This document shows, piece after piece, positions 37,987-49,590 of a stretch of DNA of 64,000 nt. A model generated the notes under the pieces. That model worked only from the letters and a program-made list of their open reading frames with translations, was not told where the DNA came from and made no database searches. The stretch is from Veleropilina oligotropha. Taxonomy: Eukaryota. Location: contig JBEUKZ010000115.1 of the NCBI GenBank assembly GCA_048128005.1, forward strand, positions 372,001 through 436,000, given 5' to 3'. The position numbers and the translations under genes are program-made. How positions within the stretch are numbered: the first letter of the stretch is position 1; each line of letters starts with the position of its first letter.

Positions 37987-40949
37987 CAGGGGTCAAGCTG
38001 AGTGAAATTGACAGGGAGAAGTGACTTCTCTTTTGAGAGCCAACAAGGAGAAGTCAGAGCTGACAGAGAGAAGTGACAATATTGTAAATTGCGCATCTAC
38101 AAAATAAAATCACATTACAAAAATTTGAGTAATTATTGTTTTTAATGTCATTGTGTATTAAATATATTTTTACAACTGTTTGTTTATATGTATTGTTTAT
38201 ATACATTATTCAATTTAATAAAATGTATATGTAAATTTAAAATAGTAAAAAATAGACAATTTACATTAAATAAAATGTTATATATTTGGTTGATTTCCAT
38301 TTATCAAGAATCCGACTAAATTCAAATTTTTACATAATTGGTCCATCATGAGAAATTCTGCATCGCTCGTTTGTTTCATACTGAAGATGGTGACATATTG
38401 TGGAAATCCCCTTTTGACATACTACATGTAGTTACATTGGCATTGTGCGACAACTTTCACTTTTAATATAAAGCCTGTATTCCCAGTAGATATATTTATC
38501 TGACAAGCATTCATTGTGAACAAAATACAATTGTTAACTTTAGAAAAACCCGACAGTATTTTCATTGTTACCGCAAAATTAATTGCCGAAACTAATTTTC
38601 AGTGTGTGTTACAATCACGGAAACAGCCAAAGTGTGATCGTAAGCAACTGTGATTTGATTCGTGTAAACCCCTTATAAACAATGGCTGCATGGTGTCGAT
38701 CGATTCTTTGGTAGCAAAAAATACGCTGTATTATGGAAATTTCACAGCGGGATTACCGACAACGTAGAACGTGTCGCACAATTCATCGGAATGTCTTTGT
38801 TTTGTGAATAAAGATGTATACAGGACTCTAAATAGCATGCGTATTTGCATATATTACGCATGGTTTTTGCATCATTACGCAGGATGTTTGAAATATGTGC
38901 GTATCACTTACGCATGTCTTTTAATAAATACACATAGATAAAATAATCATTGCATACAAGACAGCTCCTGTGACACAGATGAATATCAATCACAATCGCT
39001 ACTGCTCGGGAGTTGTCGGAAAATCCCGATTGACATAAGGGTAACTCATAAAACTCGTATGAAAGAAGCAATCGTATTGGTCCAATAATAAACTTCCAGC
39101 CAATGAAATTCCTTTTACAATCGTCCGCTTGAAAAATCAAAATGTCGACACAAAATGGTCAAAGCAAGGCAGTGTCTTGAGATTTTAAACCGTAGCATGA
39201 TCTATTTCCGCGGAAAAGTCGTAAGCCCAAACGTTAATGATGTTGTTAATTAAAACTTGAGGTTTTCAACAAAATCCTTACGGGTTAAAAGTTAACACTA
39301 AAGCAATGGAAGACTGCAACTGTGCGATGTTAATATGTACGGTTTAATCAAAGGAGGATTTGTGTGGAATTAAGTCGGAGGTAATGAGGTGAAAGTTGAC
39401 AGAAACACACTGTCAGGTTAGAAGTTGAATTTCACTATTGTTTTGATAGTAAATCAATAAATAGAGTCATTCAAAGACATACCTTTTGCTTTGATTTGTC
39501 ATGATTTATCAAATACATCTATGGCTGCCAGTCAATCCAATCAACATATGCTCACATTCCTGTACTTGTTCGAAAACTAGTAAAACGTGATGTAAAAGAT
39601 TAACAAAATAATATTTCTATACGATATCCTCAAAATATATTTTGCTCATTATTGTCAAATATTAATTTTGGGTAAACAGTGTGTAATAATATGATTTACA
39701 CAACGGCTCTTTTGTTTTAAAGAGGTTGGTATTCAGCGTGAACACCTTGTTTTCAATGACGATTCAAAAGTAGGGTGGTATAGCCATACCAACCTACTTT
39801 TCACTCTACACCGACCTGCGTCCGTGCAAGACGGCTAAAGCTGATCACAAGCTAAATTGACAACAAAGGAGCTATAATTGGCCGTTGTGTAAGTCGGTTA
39901 CAAACCTCGTTAGTCGGTATTCATCTATTTGATAGACCTGCTTCCGTGCTGTAACACCTCGACCGCTCCGCGGTCTCGGTGTCACGATCCGCACGGGCGC
40001 AGGTCTTTCAAATCGATGAATACCTCCAACTCGGTTAGTAACCTATACGTACATCACAGTTATACACTTCTTTCCACAAAAAATCACTTATCCCTGCGAT
40101 GCCTATCCTCTCAATGTTGTCCCCCAAAAGAGAAGTCACTTCTCCCTGTCAAATGTTTGAATGGTGAACCCTGGTCATGTTTGTTTCATACACTTTATTC
40201 AATTGCAGCAATTTAATATTAACAATGTTACAAATTAATGATGTTCTATTCTTTTGTTGTGTCAAGAGGAACAGTTATTGCATGTTCTATATGAGAGTCT
40301 ATAAAGTAAAACATTGATTGTTTATTGTGTTATGTTTATGAGACATGTCCATATCGTTGGAGATTATTATGTACATGTATGATGTACATCATTGTGGTTA
40401 GTGCACTTTGATCCTGAAAACATTGTATGATTATGAAATGTGAAAGAATAAGAAAAGTACTTCAATGTTGTCTATATATGTATTTCGCAGACTCCTCGAA
40501 ATTATCAATCATTGTCGTCCAGAACCGGGAAGTCGGGTGCTATAATGTATGAGTACATTTACTCATCAGCATTTGCCGTTACTCATAACATTTCAAAATG
40601 ATGAGTAAATACTCATCAGGGGCGAAAATTATCTAGCGCCTTGTGTATACGTAATTACGCCTGATCCATTTCAAGTTGTCACTCAAATTCATATGAAAAA
40701 GTGTTATCCATGATGGCACGTTAGATTTTAATATTCTATGAAAGCGAGTTTTAGAAATTCTCTATAATTAAGTATTATTTAGTACATAAATTAATTTATC
40801 TCTTTGTGCTTGCTTCGTCAAGATGTGTGACTGTTTGATTAGTGTGAAATCATAGGCGACATCAAGGCGAAGTGGACTTCGCTTTTTGGTCGAACCTAAG
40901 CCAAGTCGGACATTTCAGGGTGACTTCTTTGCCTGTAGCGTGACCCCTG
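37987..40949. mobile_element. Non-autonomous TIR element with a second, internal right-end-like sequence
   Basis: caggggtcaagct / agcgtgacccctg with ccatat on both flanks; left subterminal ttgacagggagaagtgacttctcttttg is inverted at about 40125-40153. Confidence 0.62.
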
Positions 40950-41261
40950 CCATATTATCTAGAGAGGAAAGCCTGGTTGCCTGCACATTCCAGTTATGGA
41001 CAACTGTGACTGTTCATTGAGCAAAGTATCGAGCAGTCAAGCGATGAAATGGGGAGCCCCACCCTCATCTGTAATAGTACCAGATGGCCATGTTGCACTA
41101 ATTAATTAATTGCAGTTATTTAAAAAGTTCATTGTTCAAAATTATCAGCAAGTTTTGAATGTCATAATCATGCAATTTAGAAATATTAATATTTCATTAA
41201 CATCATTGTTGCAAGTCCTTTTTGCGTCCAAAAAATAATTAGGCAAATGTATTAATTGTAG

Positions 41262-41375
41262 GATACCTGGAATCGGCAGTGCAAGGAAGCCGAGACGCCC
41301 CTGGGAAAATATTACAAAACATGGAGAAAGTTGCGTAATCGTGAACTGCAGCACGAGATCGCAGGGAAAGACCGG
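41262..41375 (+). CDS. NOC2L: NOC2L internal coding exon; its 3' end is the first unit of the 37-bp minisatellite
   Basis: ttgtAG|...|GTaggt, 114 nt, phase 0/0; DTWNRQCKEAETPLGKYYKTWRKLRNRELQHEIAGKDR (TPL..YY..WRKLR motif). Confidence 0.92.
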
Positions 41376-43021
41376 GTAGGTTCTGCAGAACGAGATCGCA
41401 GGGAAAGACCGGGTAGGTTCTGTAGAACGAGATCGCAGGGAAAGACCGGGTAGGTTCTGTAGAACGAGATCGCAGGGAAAGACCGGGTAGATACCGCAGC
41501 AAGAGATCGCAGGGAAAGACCGGGTAGGTTCTGCAGAACGAGATCACAGGGAAAGACCGGGTAGATACCGCAGCAAGAGATCGCAGGGAAAGACCGGGTA
41601 GGTTCTGCAGAACGAGATCGCAGGGAAAGACCGGGTAGGTTCTGCAGAACAAGATCACAGGGAAAGACCGGGTAGATACCGCAGCAAGAGATCGCAGGGA
41701 AAGACTGGGTAGGTTCTGCAGAACGAGATCGCAGGGTAAGACCGGGTAGGTTCTGCAGAACGATATCGCAGGGAACGACCGGGTAGATACTGCAGCACGA
41801 GATCCAGGGAATGGCCGGGTAGGTTCTGCAGCAAGAGATCGCATGGAATGACCGGGTAGGTACTGCAGAATGAGATCGCATGGAAAGACCAGGTAGGTTC
41901 TGCAGAACGAGATTGCAGGGAAAGATCGGGTAGGTTCACTGCTCACTGCAGCACGAGATCGCAGGGAAAGGCCGGGTAGGTTCTGCAGCACGAGATCGCA
42001 GGGAAAGACCGGGTAGGTACTGCAGCAAGAGATCGCAGGGAAAGACCGGGTAGATTCACCGCTCACTGCAGCACGAGATCGCAGGGAAAGACCGGGTAGG
42101 TTCGCCGCTCACTGCAGCACGAGATCGCAGGGAAAGGCCGGGTAGGTTCTGCAGCACGAGATCGCAGGGAAAGACCGGGTAGGTACTGCAGCAAGAGATC
42201 GCAGGGAAAGACCGGGTAGATTCACCGCTCACTGCAGCACGAGATCGCAGGGAAAGGCCGGGTAGGTTCTGCAGCACGAGATCGCAGGGAAAGACCGGGT
42301 AGGTACTGCAGCATGAGATCGCAGGGAAAGACCGGGTAGGTTCTGCAGCACAAGATCACAGGGACAGACCAGGTAGGTTCTGCAGCACGAGATCGCAGGG
42401 AAAGACCGGGTAGGTTCACCGCTCACTGCAGCACCAGATCGCAGGGAAAGACCGGGTAGGTTCGCCGCTCACTGCAGCACGAGATTGCAGGGAAAGACCG
42501 GGTAGGTTCTGCGGCATGAGATCGCAGGGAAAGACCGGGTAGGTACTACAGCACGAGATCGCATGGAAAGACCTGGTAGGTTCTGCAGCACGAGATCGCA
42601 GGGACAGACCAGGTAGGTTCTGCAGCACGAGATCGCAGGGAAAGACCGGGTAGGTTCTGCAGCACGAGATCGCAGGGAAAGACCGGGTAGGTTCTGCAGC
42701 ACGAGATCGCAGGGAAAGACTGGGTAGATTCTGCAGCACGAGATCGCAGGGAAAGACCGGGTAGGTTCTGCAGCCCGAGATCGCAGGGAAAGACCGGGTA
42801 GGTTCTGCAGCCCGAGATCGCAGGGAAAGACCGGGTAGGTTCTGCAGCCAGAGATCGCAGGGAAAGACCGGGTAGGTTCTGCAGCCCGAGATCGCAGGGA
42901 AAGACCGGGTAGGTTCTGCAGCATGAGATCGCAGGGAAAGACCGGGTAGGTTCTGCAGCACGAGATCGCAGGGAGAGACCGGGTAGGTTCTGCAGCACGA
43001 GATCGCAGGGACAGACCGGGT
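41346..43021. repeat. 37-bp minisatellite (some 44-47-bp units), about 44 copies, beginning inside a NOC2L exon
   Basis: Unit ctgcagcacgagatcgcagggaaagaccgggtaggtt. Confidence 0.96.
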
Positions 43022-43586
43022 ACACTCTCCACTCATCGCATAATTGTCTAAACGGCGTCAGTTAGACCGATTGTTACTGTTGATTAATGGGTGCCGACTC
43101 GAGCCGAAAATTAATTTAATTAGAAAAATGTGTTCACAATGAAACTAAATGTAATTACAAAACTATAAAGTTGAACGAAATGTTGTATAGTAACTAAGGT
43201 ACATGTATAATGAATTCTGCAAATAATGATGTTGGCTGACTGCATTAACCGCTATGGTCACTTTATAATTTCTATCAGTCGTCTCCACTTGCGGTGTCAG
43301 ATCACTACAATATAGTCACTATTGGACATTTGTAGGTCATGGTTTGGCGAGCGCCGGTTCTGTCATCTTCTTTCTTAGGACTAGTTTTACTATAATACTA
43401 GTATTTGACAATCGTAAGAGCTTTTAAATATCAATAGGACACTGGAAAAAGAAACTTTAATGTATTTTAATGTAATACAGTCACGTTGAGAACATTTTTT
43501 TGTAAAAATAACACTTCTGCAGTGTATGTTGCGACTACTAATGTATTTTGTAACTCAGTTAACTGGAATTCTATTGACTTTCTCAG

Positions 43587-43720
43587 ATATCCGGAGTGGA
43601 CCAGCTTCCTACCATTAACCGACCTAAAGGGCCCAAGTCCGCTACGGCCGCAGAGAGGATGGAGTTCTCTGGGCTGTTTGCTTCCGACAGTGATGAGGAA
43701 TCGAGTGATGATGATACACG
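43587..43720 (+). CDS. NOC2L: NOC2L internal coding exon
   Basis: tttctcAG|...|GTgagg, 134 nt, phase 0/2; ISGVDQLPTINRPKGPKSATAAERMEFSGLFASDSDEESSDDDT(R); frame-compatible with both neighbours. Confidence 0.85.
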
Positions 43721-44254
43721 GTGAGGAACTCTCTCCAGGATTTGATTTGGACCAAATGCTTTGTTCTATTTTTAATAACCTTCCGTTTATTCCAAGACGT
43801 TCATATTATCACCCAGAAAAACTCACTTGCACCGACAAATTATAGACAAATATCACTGTTAACTGAACATGTAACGGGTGCTCGAATGAGGATTTGAACC
43901 AATTTCTGTTAGACAGAGCAGTCGAGCGGTGAATTACAACAAAGGTGCTGCGATAAAGGTGATGATGATCAAAATCGTTTTGACTTGGGTATGTGAATTT
44001 GTGTCATACCAACTTGATCATACTGTCATTTAGTATGAATGAAACAAGAAGAATAATTTTCTGTTATCTGGCATTTTGATGTCAGACAAAGATAGTTTCG
44101 AAGAGCACATTATTATTTACATGGAACTGAATCCTCTCTTCGTTGTTATAATGATAGAGTTCTGAACTCCGCATTAAAGTAGATGAATATATGGTCTGTT
44201 CACTCTTATAAGTGGGTTATCGCACACAGTTAATCATGTTTTTTTATTTTGTAG

Positions 44255-44329
44255 ATTCCTTTTGAAAGAAGAAAGACCATCAAATGCGAAGAAACCCAGG
44301 ATGTCAAAAGATGACAACGGCGAGTACAG
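44255..44329 (+). CDS. NOC2L: NOC2L penultimate coding exon
   Basis: ttttgtAG|...|GTgagt, 75 nt, phase 2/2; (R)FLLKEERPSNAKKPRMSKDDNGEY(S); strong splice sites, frame preserved. Confidence 0.8.
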
Positions 44330-44987
44330 GTGAGTTGTCATGGTAACTGACATTACAGACAGATCGTAGAGGAAGGCTCGACACAATGCGCATCCAGTAA
44401 TGATTGTCATTGTGGATTGATCTTGAACGATCGCTCCAACAAATTTTCCGTTTTAATTTGGTCGAACAGCTTGTAATTATGGAATGAATTAACACTGTGT
44501 GCAATGAAAGCAGCAGCAAATGTATGAATACTTCTTGGCGTGCTCTGGATTCGATCCGGAGATATTAGGCTTTGTAATCCAGAGTCATAATCCATTTATG
44601 AGACCGTGGGCAATAGGTCATGTTGCGCATATGCTTTTTATACACCCCAGCAAGGAAATAAAACTGGTTCAATATCTTATCAATTAAATATTATGTAACC
44701 AATTCATCTTAGAGATTCGTTTTTTTTAAATCTTGCCATCGATCATTGAATTCTGATTTAAATAATAGCTCCACAACAGTTGGCAATATCCGGTCGCATT
44801 ATGATTCTAGTATGTCTCAACGGTTGCTCTGTGGCCATTATTACTTTTGCATTACTTTGGTAAATAGAACGTTGGGAAAACAGATGGTGTTATTCCTTAT
44901 TTTTTTATGAACACAATTTATGTGGTTTGTAGCATCTTTTCATCTGTTGTGATAATTGCATCATAATATTCAAATCTCGTGTTTCAG

Positions 44988-45183
44988 CGATTTTGATGAT
45001 GACGAGATGGATCAGTTGGAGGGATCCGCCGATGACGATAGCAGCGATGATGATGAGGACAAGACGTCTCCGATGACAGGACGAACAGACTACAGGAAGC
45101 CAGTGCCTCGCCAGAGAGAGGCCGCTCTGAGTCACGTGGCGGATGTAGTGCAGGACTTCACCATGTCCGACGACAGCGATTGA
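44988..45183 (+). CDS. NOC2L: NOC2L terminal coding exon (acidic C-terminal tail)
   Basis: gtttcAG acceptor, phase 2; (S)DFDDDEMDQLEGSADDD...DVVQDFTMSDDSD-stop, an acidic tail like that of Noc2 proteins. Confidence 0.85.
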
Positions 45184-45339
45184 TCGGCCGTCATTATGCA
45201 AAAACAGAAAACAAAGGTTACATCACTAATGGGCATTTGAACATCGTCTACGGCGTCAAATAACATTATCCATTTCATACGGCTGGACCAGAGATTCGTA
45301 AGAATCACATCAGTCTTCAGAAGGATGTTTTTATGTATT

Positions 45340-45345
45340 AATAAA
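45340..45345 (+). terminator. Probable NOC2L polyadenylation signal
   Basis: AATAAA about 157 nt after the stop codon, followed by a GT/T-rich tract (tttgtttgtcatttgattgt). Confidence 0.65.
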
Positions 45346-45500
45346 ATACATAACCAAATTTGTTTGTCATTTGATTGTATTAGTATTATGGATATTTTTA
45401 ATAGACGATTTCACCAGACATTCGGCAATATTCGGAAACCGCTCGGGATTTTAGTCACATGGCGCCAAGTCATGTGACTGCTGGGCCTGGTAGTCAAACA

Positions 45501-45550
45501 ATGGCGGCCGCGACATCGTCTGCATCTTGTTTACATCGGGGCACGTGCGG
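45501..45550 (+). other. Possible first exon of an unidentified gene or transcript
   Basis: caaacaATGGCGGCC (YY1-like start context), 50 nt open (MAAATSSASCLHRGTCG), consensus donor G|GTAAGT, CACATG/CATGTG E-boxes upstream; no downstream exon identified. Confidence 0.35.
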
Positions 45551-48058
45551 GTAAGTAGAATTTCCCAGGAATTCCGGTGTGTATCCTAAAAATGATCCGG
45601 TGATTCTGATTGTATCTTCAAACCAGCATTGACAATATTAAGGCCACATAAAGTTGACGGCATCACTACCTGGGAGCCGCCATGTTGTTTGACTGCCAGC
45701 CGCTGATTGGTCGATACGTTCGGCATATCGGCGAACAGCCGTGTATTTCCGTGGGTGTTCGGGGGAACTCGGAGTGAAATCGTCTATAGGTGCAGTGTGT
45801 TTGAAAGCAGAATATTTCTCATCTGTTTCCATGGCACACTGTCAGATGGAGATGTCTACTTTGATCGACGCTAATTGTCATATACCAGCACATACGATAT
45901 TATTGTGAGAGGAAAGCCGGTTCGCCCTTGTACCCACCCAAGCAGGTCAATTACGTACCACTGTGACTTATTAACTAGTGTTAGCTCCATAAATTGGGGG
46001 ATTGGAAAAAAGTCGGTTACTATTTAAGTTTTGGTTGTTTTACTGTTATGCCGGTGAAATAGTGCGTACGGCAATATCTAACAGAAAAGAGACAAATATT
46101 TATTTTCATTTCGCGAAATCTGCGACGTCTGATTGGTCAAAATGACGTCACGTGGAGTTTGACAAATACTCTTGTCAAACTCGACATTTTCGTATCAAAC
46201 TACACGTCATCTGCTAGACCTCGTTCGCTTATGGGGGAGATAATCAAGTGTTTTCAAGTATTTCTTTGAGATTCAATAATATACATGAGTGTATATGACT
46301 AAACTATTCCTCAGATTTTCAAATATCCAGGTTATTTTGCGCTTAGAATAACCCGCAAGGCTGCTGCTACATAGTTCACTTTTGACTAGTCATCCATCAT
46401 TTTTCACGATTCATTCGTGACCTGAAGAATGGACAATTTATTTTCAATGAACTGTTCACATATGCCTTCATTTCTAAATTCCACCGGACTGTCTTGTGTC
46501 ACGTCATTTCAAGCGTGAGTCTAGTATGAACCGATGAATGAACATGTTCATTCTTTATAATTATTACGTGAACCGACAAGAGATACTTATTTGTATTATA
46601 ACACTTGTATTATACCGTTTCTTGGTGTATCCCAGCGAATTTCGGTGAGTTACCCTAAAGTTTTTCGATTGAAATGAACGAATAAAGTCACTTCGATATT
46701 TATACAGTATTTTTATTTTTAAAGTTTAATAATACAAGCTTCTCTTTCCCAGAAATCTGTTTCCGCCAATTGCACCCAATTTGTTTCAAGATGATACAGT
46801 ACTAATGTCTTCAATTCGGTGAAACTGTGATGATCCATGCACTATGATAGAAACAATTTTGAAGGAAAACAGCATAAGGGACAAAATGAAATCATATTTA
46901 CCTAACGTAAACTTTACATCACTTCTTTACTATAATATTGGTATTTTCATTGCAAATGTTTTCATAGCTTTAGGGAGTATAATGAAGTACTGAGACGACC
47001 AAGTCAAAATGAAGATCAAACTATCTGTGCATCATTAAAATGAAACTAAGTCTGGAAATCTCAACACAGTAGTATTATACATTGGGGTCACCAGTCAACC
47101 GAGGGCCGTCTTCATGCTCAACACAGTAGTATTATACATTGGGGTCAACAGAGGGCTGTCTTCATTCTGCCTCCCTGATATCTGCTTTGCGATTGTTCAA
47201 ATATTTCCAGTGGTCGATTCAAGGCAAGGATGGACAAAAAAGAACGACTCGTTCGGAATATGTCTTGACCTTTCTTTATTTCCCTCAAATTTTCATAACA
47301 GTTAATACAATGGCCAAGTGCAAGTACTTCATGGCTTAATTTACTACCCCATCGATTGTGACATCACCAAATGACGATTAATCTAAAGCGACGTCGTAAT
47401 GACGTCATTGCTATTTGCTTGCAATATTAGATATCCGTTATATACAAGTATGCATAAAAGTGCTCAATAAATGCATATTTTTGCAAAATTGTGTCGCAAA
47501 GTTATATACACGACCTACAAATACTCTTGGGAATGTGTGTACCAATTTTGGTGAAAATTTAGCGGGTAGTTTTCAAATAAATCGACGGATATATATATAT
47601 ATATATACACGGACCATTTGATAATGTCTTGTCCTTATTTACAAAAAGGTCAAGACATAAAAATGGGCTAGGCATGAGCAGGAAGTGAACGCACTGATTG
47701 GCGTCCGGTGATCGCGGTATTTAGCAACCATGATGATCCGATAACACTCTTGCGATAGTTATATCAGTCGCCTATGGTAATGGCGACTTGGTTCTCGTCA
47801 GTGAAATATCACACATGACACATGTGTTGATCAACAATTATCACATGACATTGTCTCCAGAAGCGATGGTATCAAATGGCAGCCATGTTGATCGCCAATG
47901 GCAACATCATCACATGACGTTCTTTCCGCAATTTGACAGCATCACATGGCAGTCTCTAATGGATCAATATCACATGACATGTCCTCAGCAGTGGCGTTAT
48001 CACATGGCAGTCTCAAATGGATCAATATCACATGACAATGTCCTCAGCAGTGGCATTA

Positions 48059-48171
48059 TCACATGGCAGTTATATAGTCTGTTTTGTTCTCATCCACATG
48101 TATGCTGACAATGTGATGCCCAGGTACCATCGCCAACCCAAGGATCCTGGGATCTTCCTTTTCTCCATTCT
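48059..48171 (-). CDS. NAA38: NAA38/LSMD1 terminal coding exon
   Basis: Minus strand tttcAG acceptor, phase 1; (E)NGEKEDPRILGLAMVPGHHIVSIHVDENKTDYITAM-stop; PRxLGLAMVPGHHIVSI is characteristic of NAA38. Upstream exons were not found in the window. Confidence 0.93.
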
Positions 48172-49186
48172 CTGAAATGCACAATAAACCATTTATTATG
48201 TCATCATATAGTGATTTCGATAAATTTAATTGAAGCACTCCTTGGGCCTCGACTCAATTGTTCCAATTAATAGCACAGACAATGGGATGAATTCGGGACG
48301 CTGGTCGCATGTCGCAATAACAGACTTTTGGCAAGAAATCAAATTGATTTGCCTGGAAGAGTCAACTCTCATACTACCCTCTAGAGTCAACTCTCCTACT
48401 ACCCTCTAGAGGCTGTTTTGACTGTTAATTGTGTGTTTTGCGGGGTTACTGCTTGTAATTTACAATAGCTTTTCATGGTATGTATGACATATAATACACT
48501 GACACCCCTTGGCGATATCCACATAACTATATCGCTCGGGTGGCAGTGTATTATCTATTACATAATAGAGACTAATTAGAGATGACTTGGTTCAGTTTAG
48601 TCTTACCACCACATTTTGACAATTTTAAGTCGCATCTGTAGTCCCAACCTTGATTTAATGTCTCGTTTGAAGGATGGATGACGGGTTTTAAGCCATCCCA
48701 TCTACTAGTTTTAAAGAGACTATTGCCCGAAAATGCACTCGTTCTTTTTTAAATAGAAAATTAACCACATTACATTTTTTGTTTGTACATGTAACAAAAA
48801 GTTAGGAATTTTCAACACTCAACTTTCGTCAGTTATTTGCTACCATTTAAATTAATCGCTACTGAATATTTAAAAATAATTAAACGCGGACCGCGTTTAA
48901 TTACCTCGCACAGAGTTCATTTCCAATTGACCTAGTTGGAGCACAGTTGCATAGGTTTCTGCTCATCAAATAAGATAGCTTTCTACTTGACAATACCATA
49001 TATTGCCCAGTTACAATAATAATTTCAATAAAAGTCTATCATTTGATCATATATCGATCGATCATATCTTTGCGAAATTTGTATCATCTGCACGAACCGT
49101 GTGATAGAGGATGATCAGTCATGCTACACAGTCACGAAAAGAGCGCATTTATGGGCAATAGTTTCTTTAAGCGTTGGAAGAAGCCA

Positions 49187-49266
49187 CGCCGGAGTGGGAA
49201 TCGAACCCACACCCTACCGTCTCACTTATGTTTTTCACTTGCTCTACCAGTTGAGCTATCGAGGAC
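49187..49266 (-). pseudogene. tRNA-derived sequence (pseudo-tRNA or SINE head) inside the NAA38 GC-AG intron
   Basis: A box tagctcaactgg and B box ggttcgattcc are present, but acceptor and anticodon stems do not pair convincingly. Confidence 0.5.
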
Positions 49267-49397
49267 AGTTTGGATTAATCTGCACACCAATCTCACGGCA
49301 ACTATGATATTAAAGTTAAACAGTCATGGCATTAAACAGTAATATTCATAATTGGGTAGTCGATTAGAGGTAAATATTGTTTGAGGACTAAACTTGC

Positions 49398-49469
49398 CTA
49401 ATTCTTTGAGATATTCTTCACATGAACCCAGTATTACATTCTTGTCTCTGTCCGTGCACAGGAATACAC
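49398..49469 (-). CDS. NAA38: NAA38/LSMD1 (NatC auxiliary subunit, Sm-like fold) internal coding exon
   Basis: Minus strand tttttAG|GT GTA TTC CTG TGC ACG GAC...TTA G|GCaagt, 72 nt, phase 1/1; (G)[23 protein letters not shown] matches the LSMD1 motif FLCTDRDxNVILGS. Confidence 0.92.
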
Positions 49470-49590
49470 CTAAAAATGTAAGACGTATTATAATATATTT
49501 CTCAATGTTAGAAGGATCAGTTGGTCAGTTATGGGTGCTGGTCATCAAGAGAACAATGGCGATGGTGATTCAGTTTTGTTTTTTAACACT

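Noticed and set aside
41239..43036. Minus-strand ORFs over the 37-bp array
   Set aside because: Antisense translations of the repeat.
48124..48188. + strand terminal exon (cag acceptor, TGA, AATAAA) for the 45501 start
   Set aside because: It is the antisense of the NAA38 coding exon and its acceptor tract; the peptide is unrecognisable, so probably coincidental.
49187..49266. Functional tRNA gene
   Set aside because: A and B boxes present but stems do not pair into a cloverleaf; kept only as tRNA-derived.
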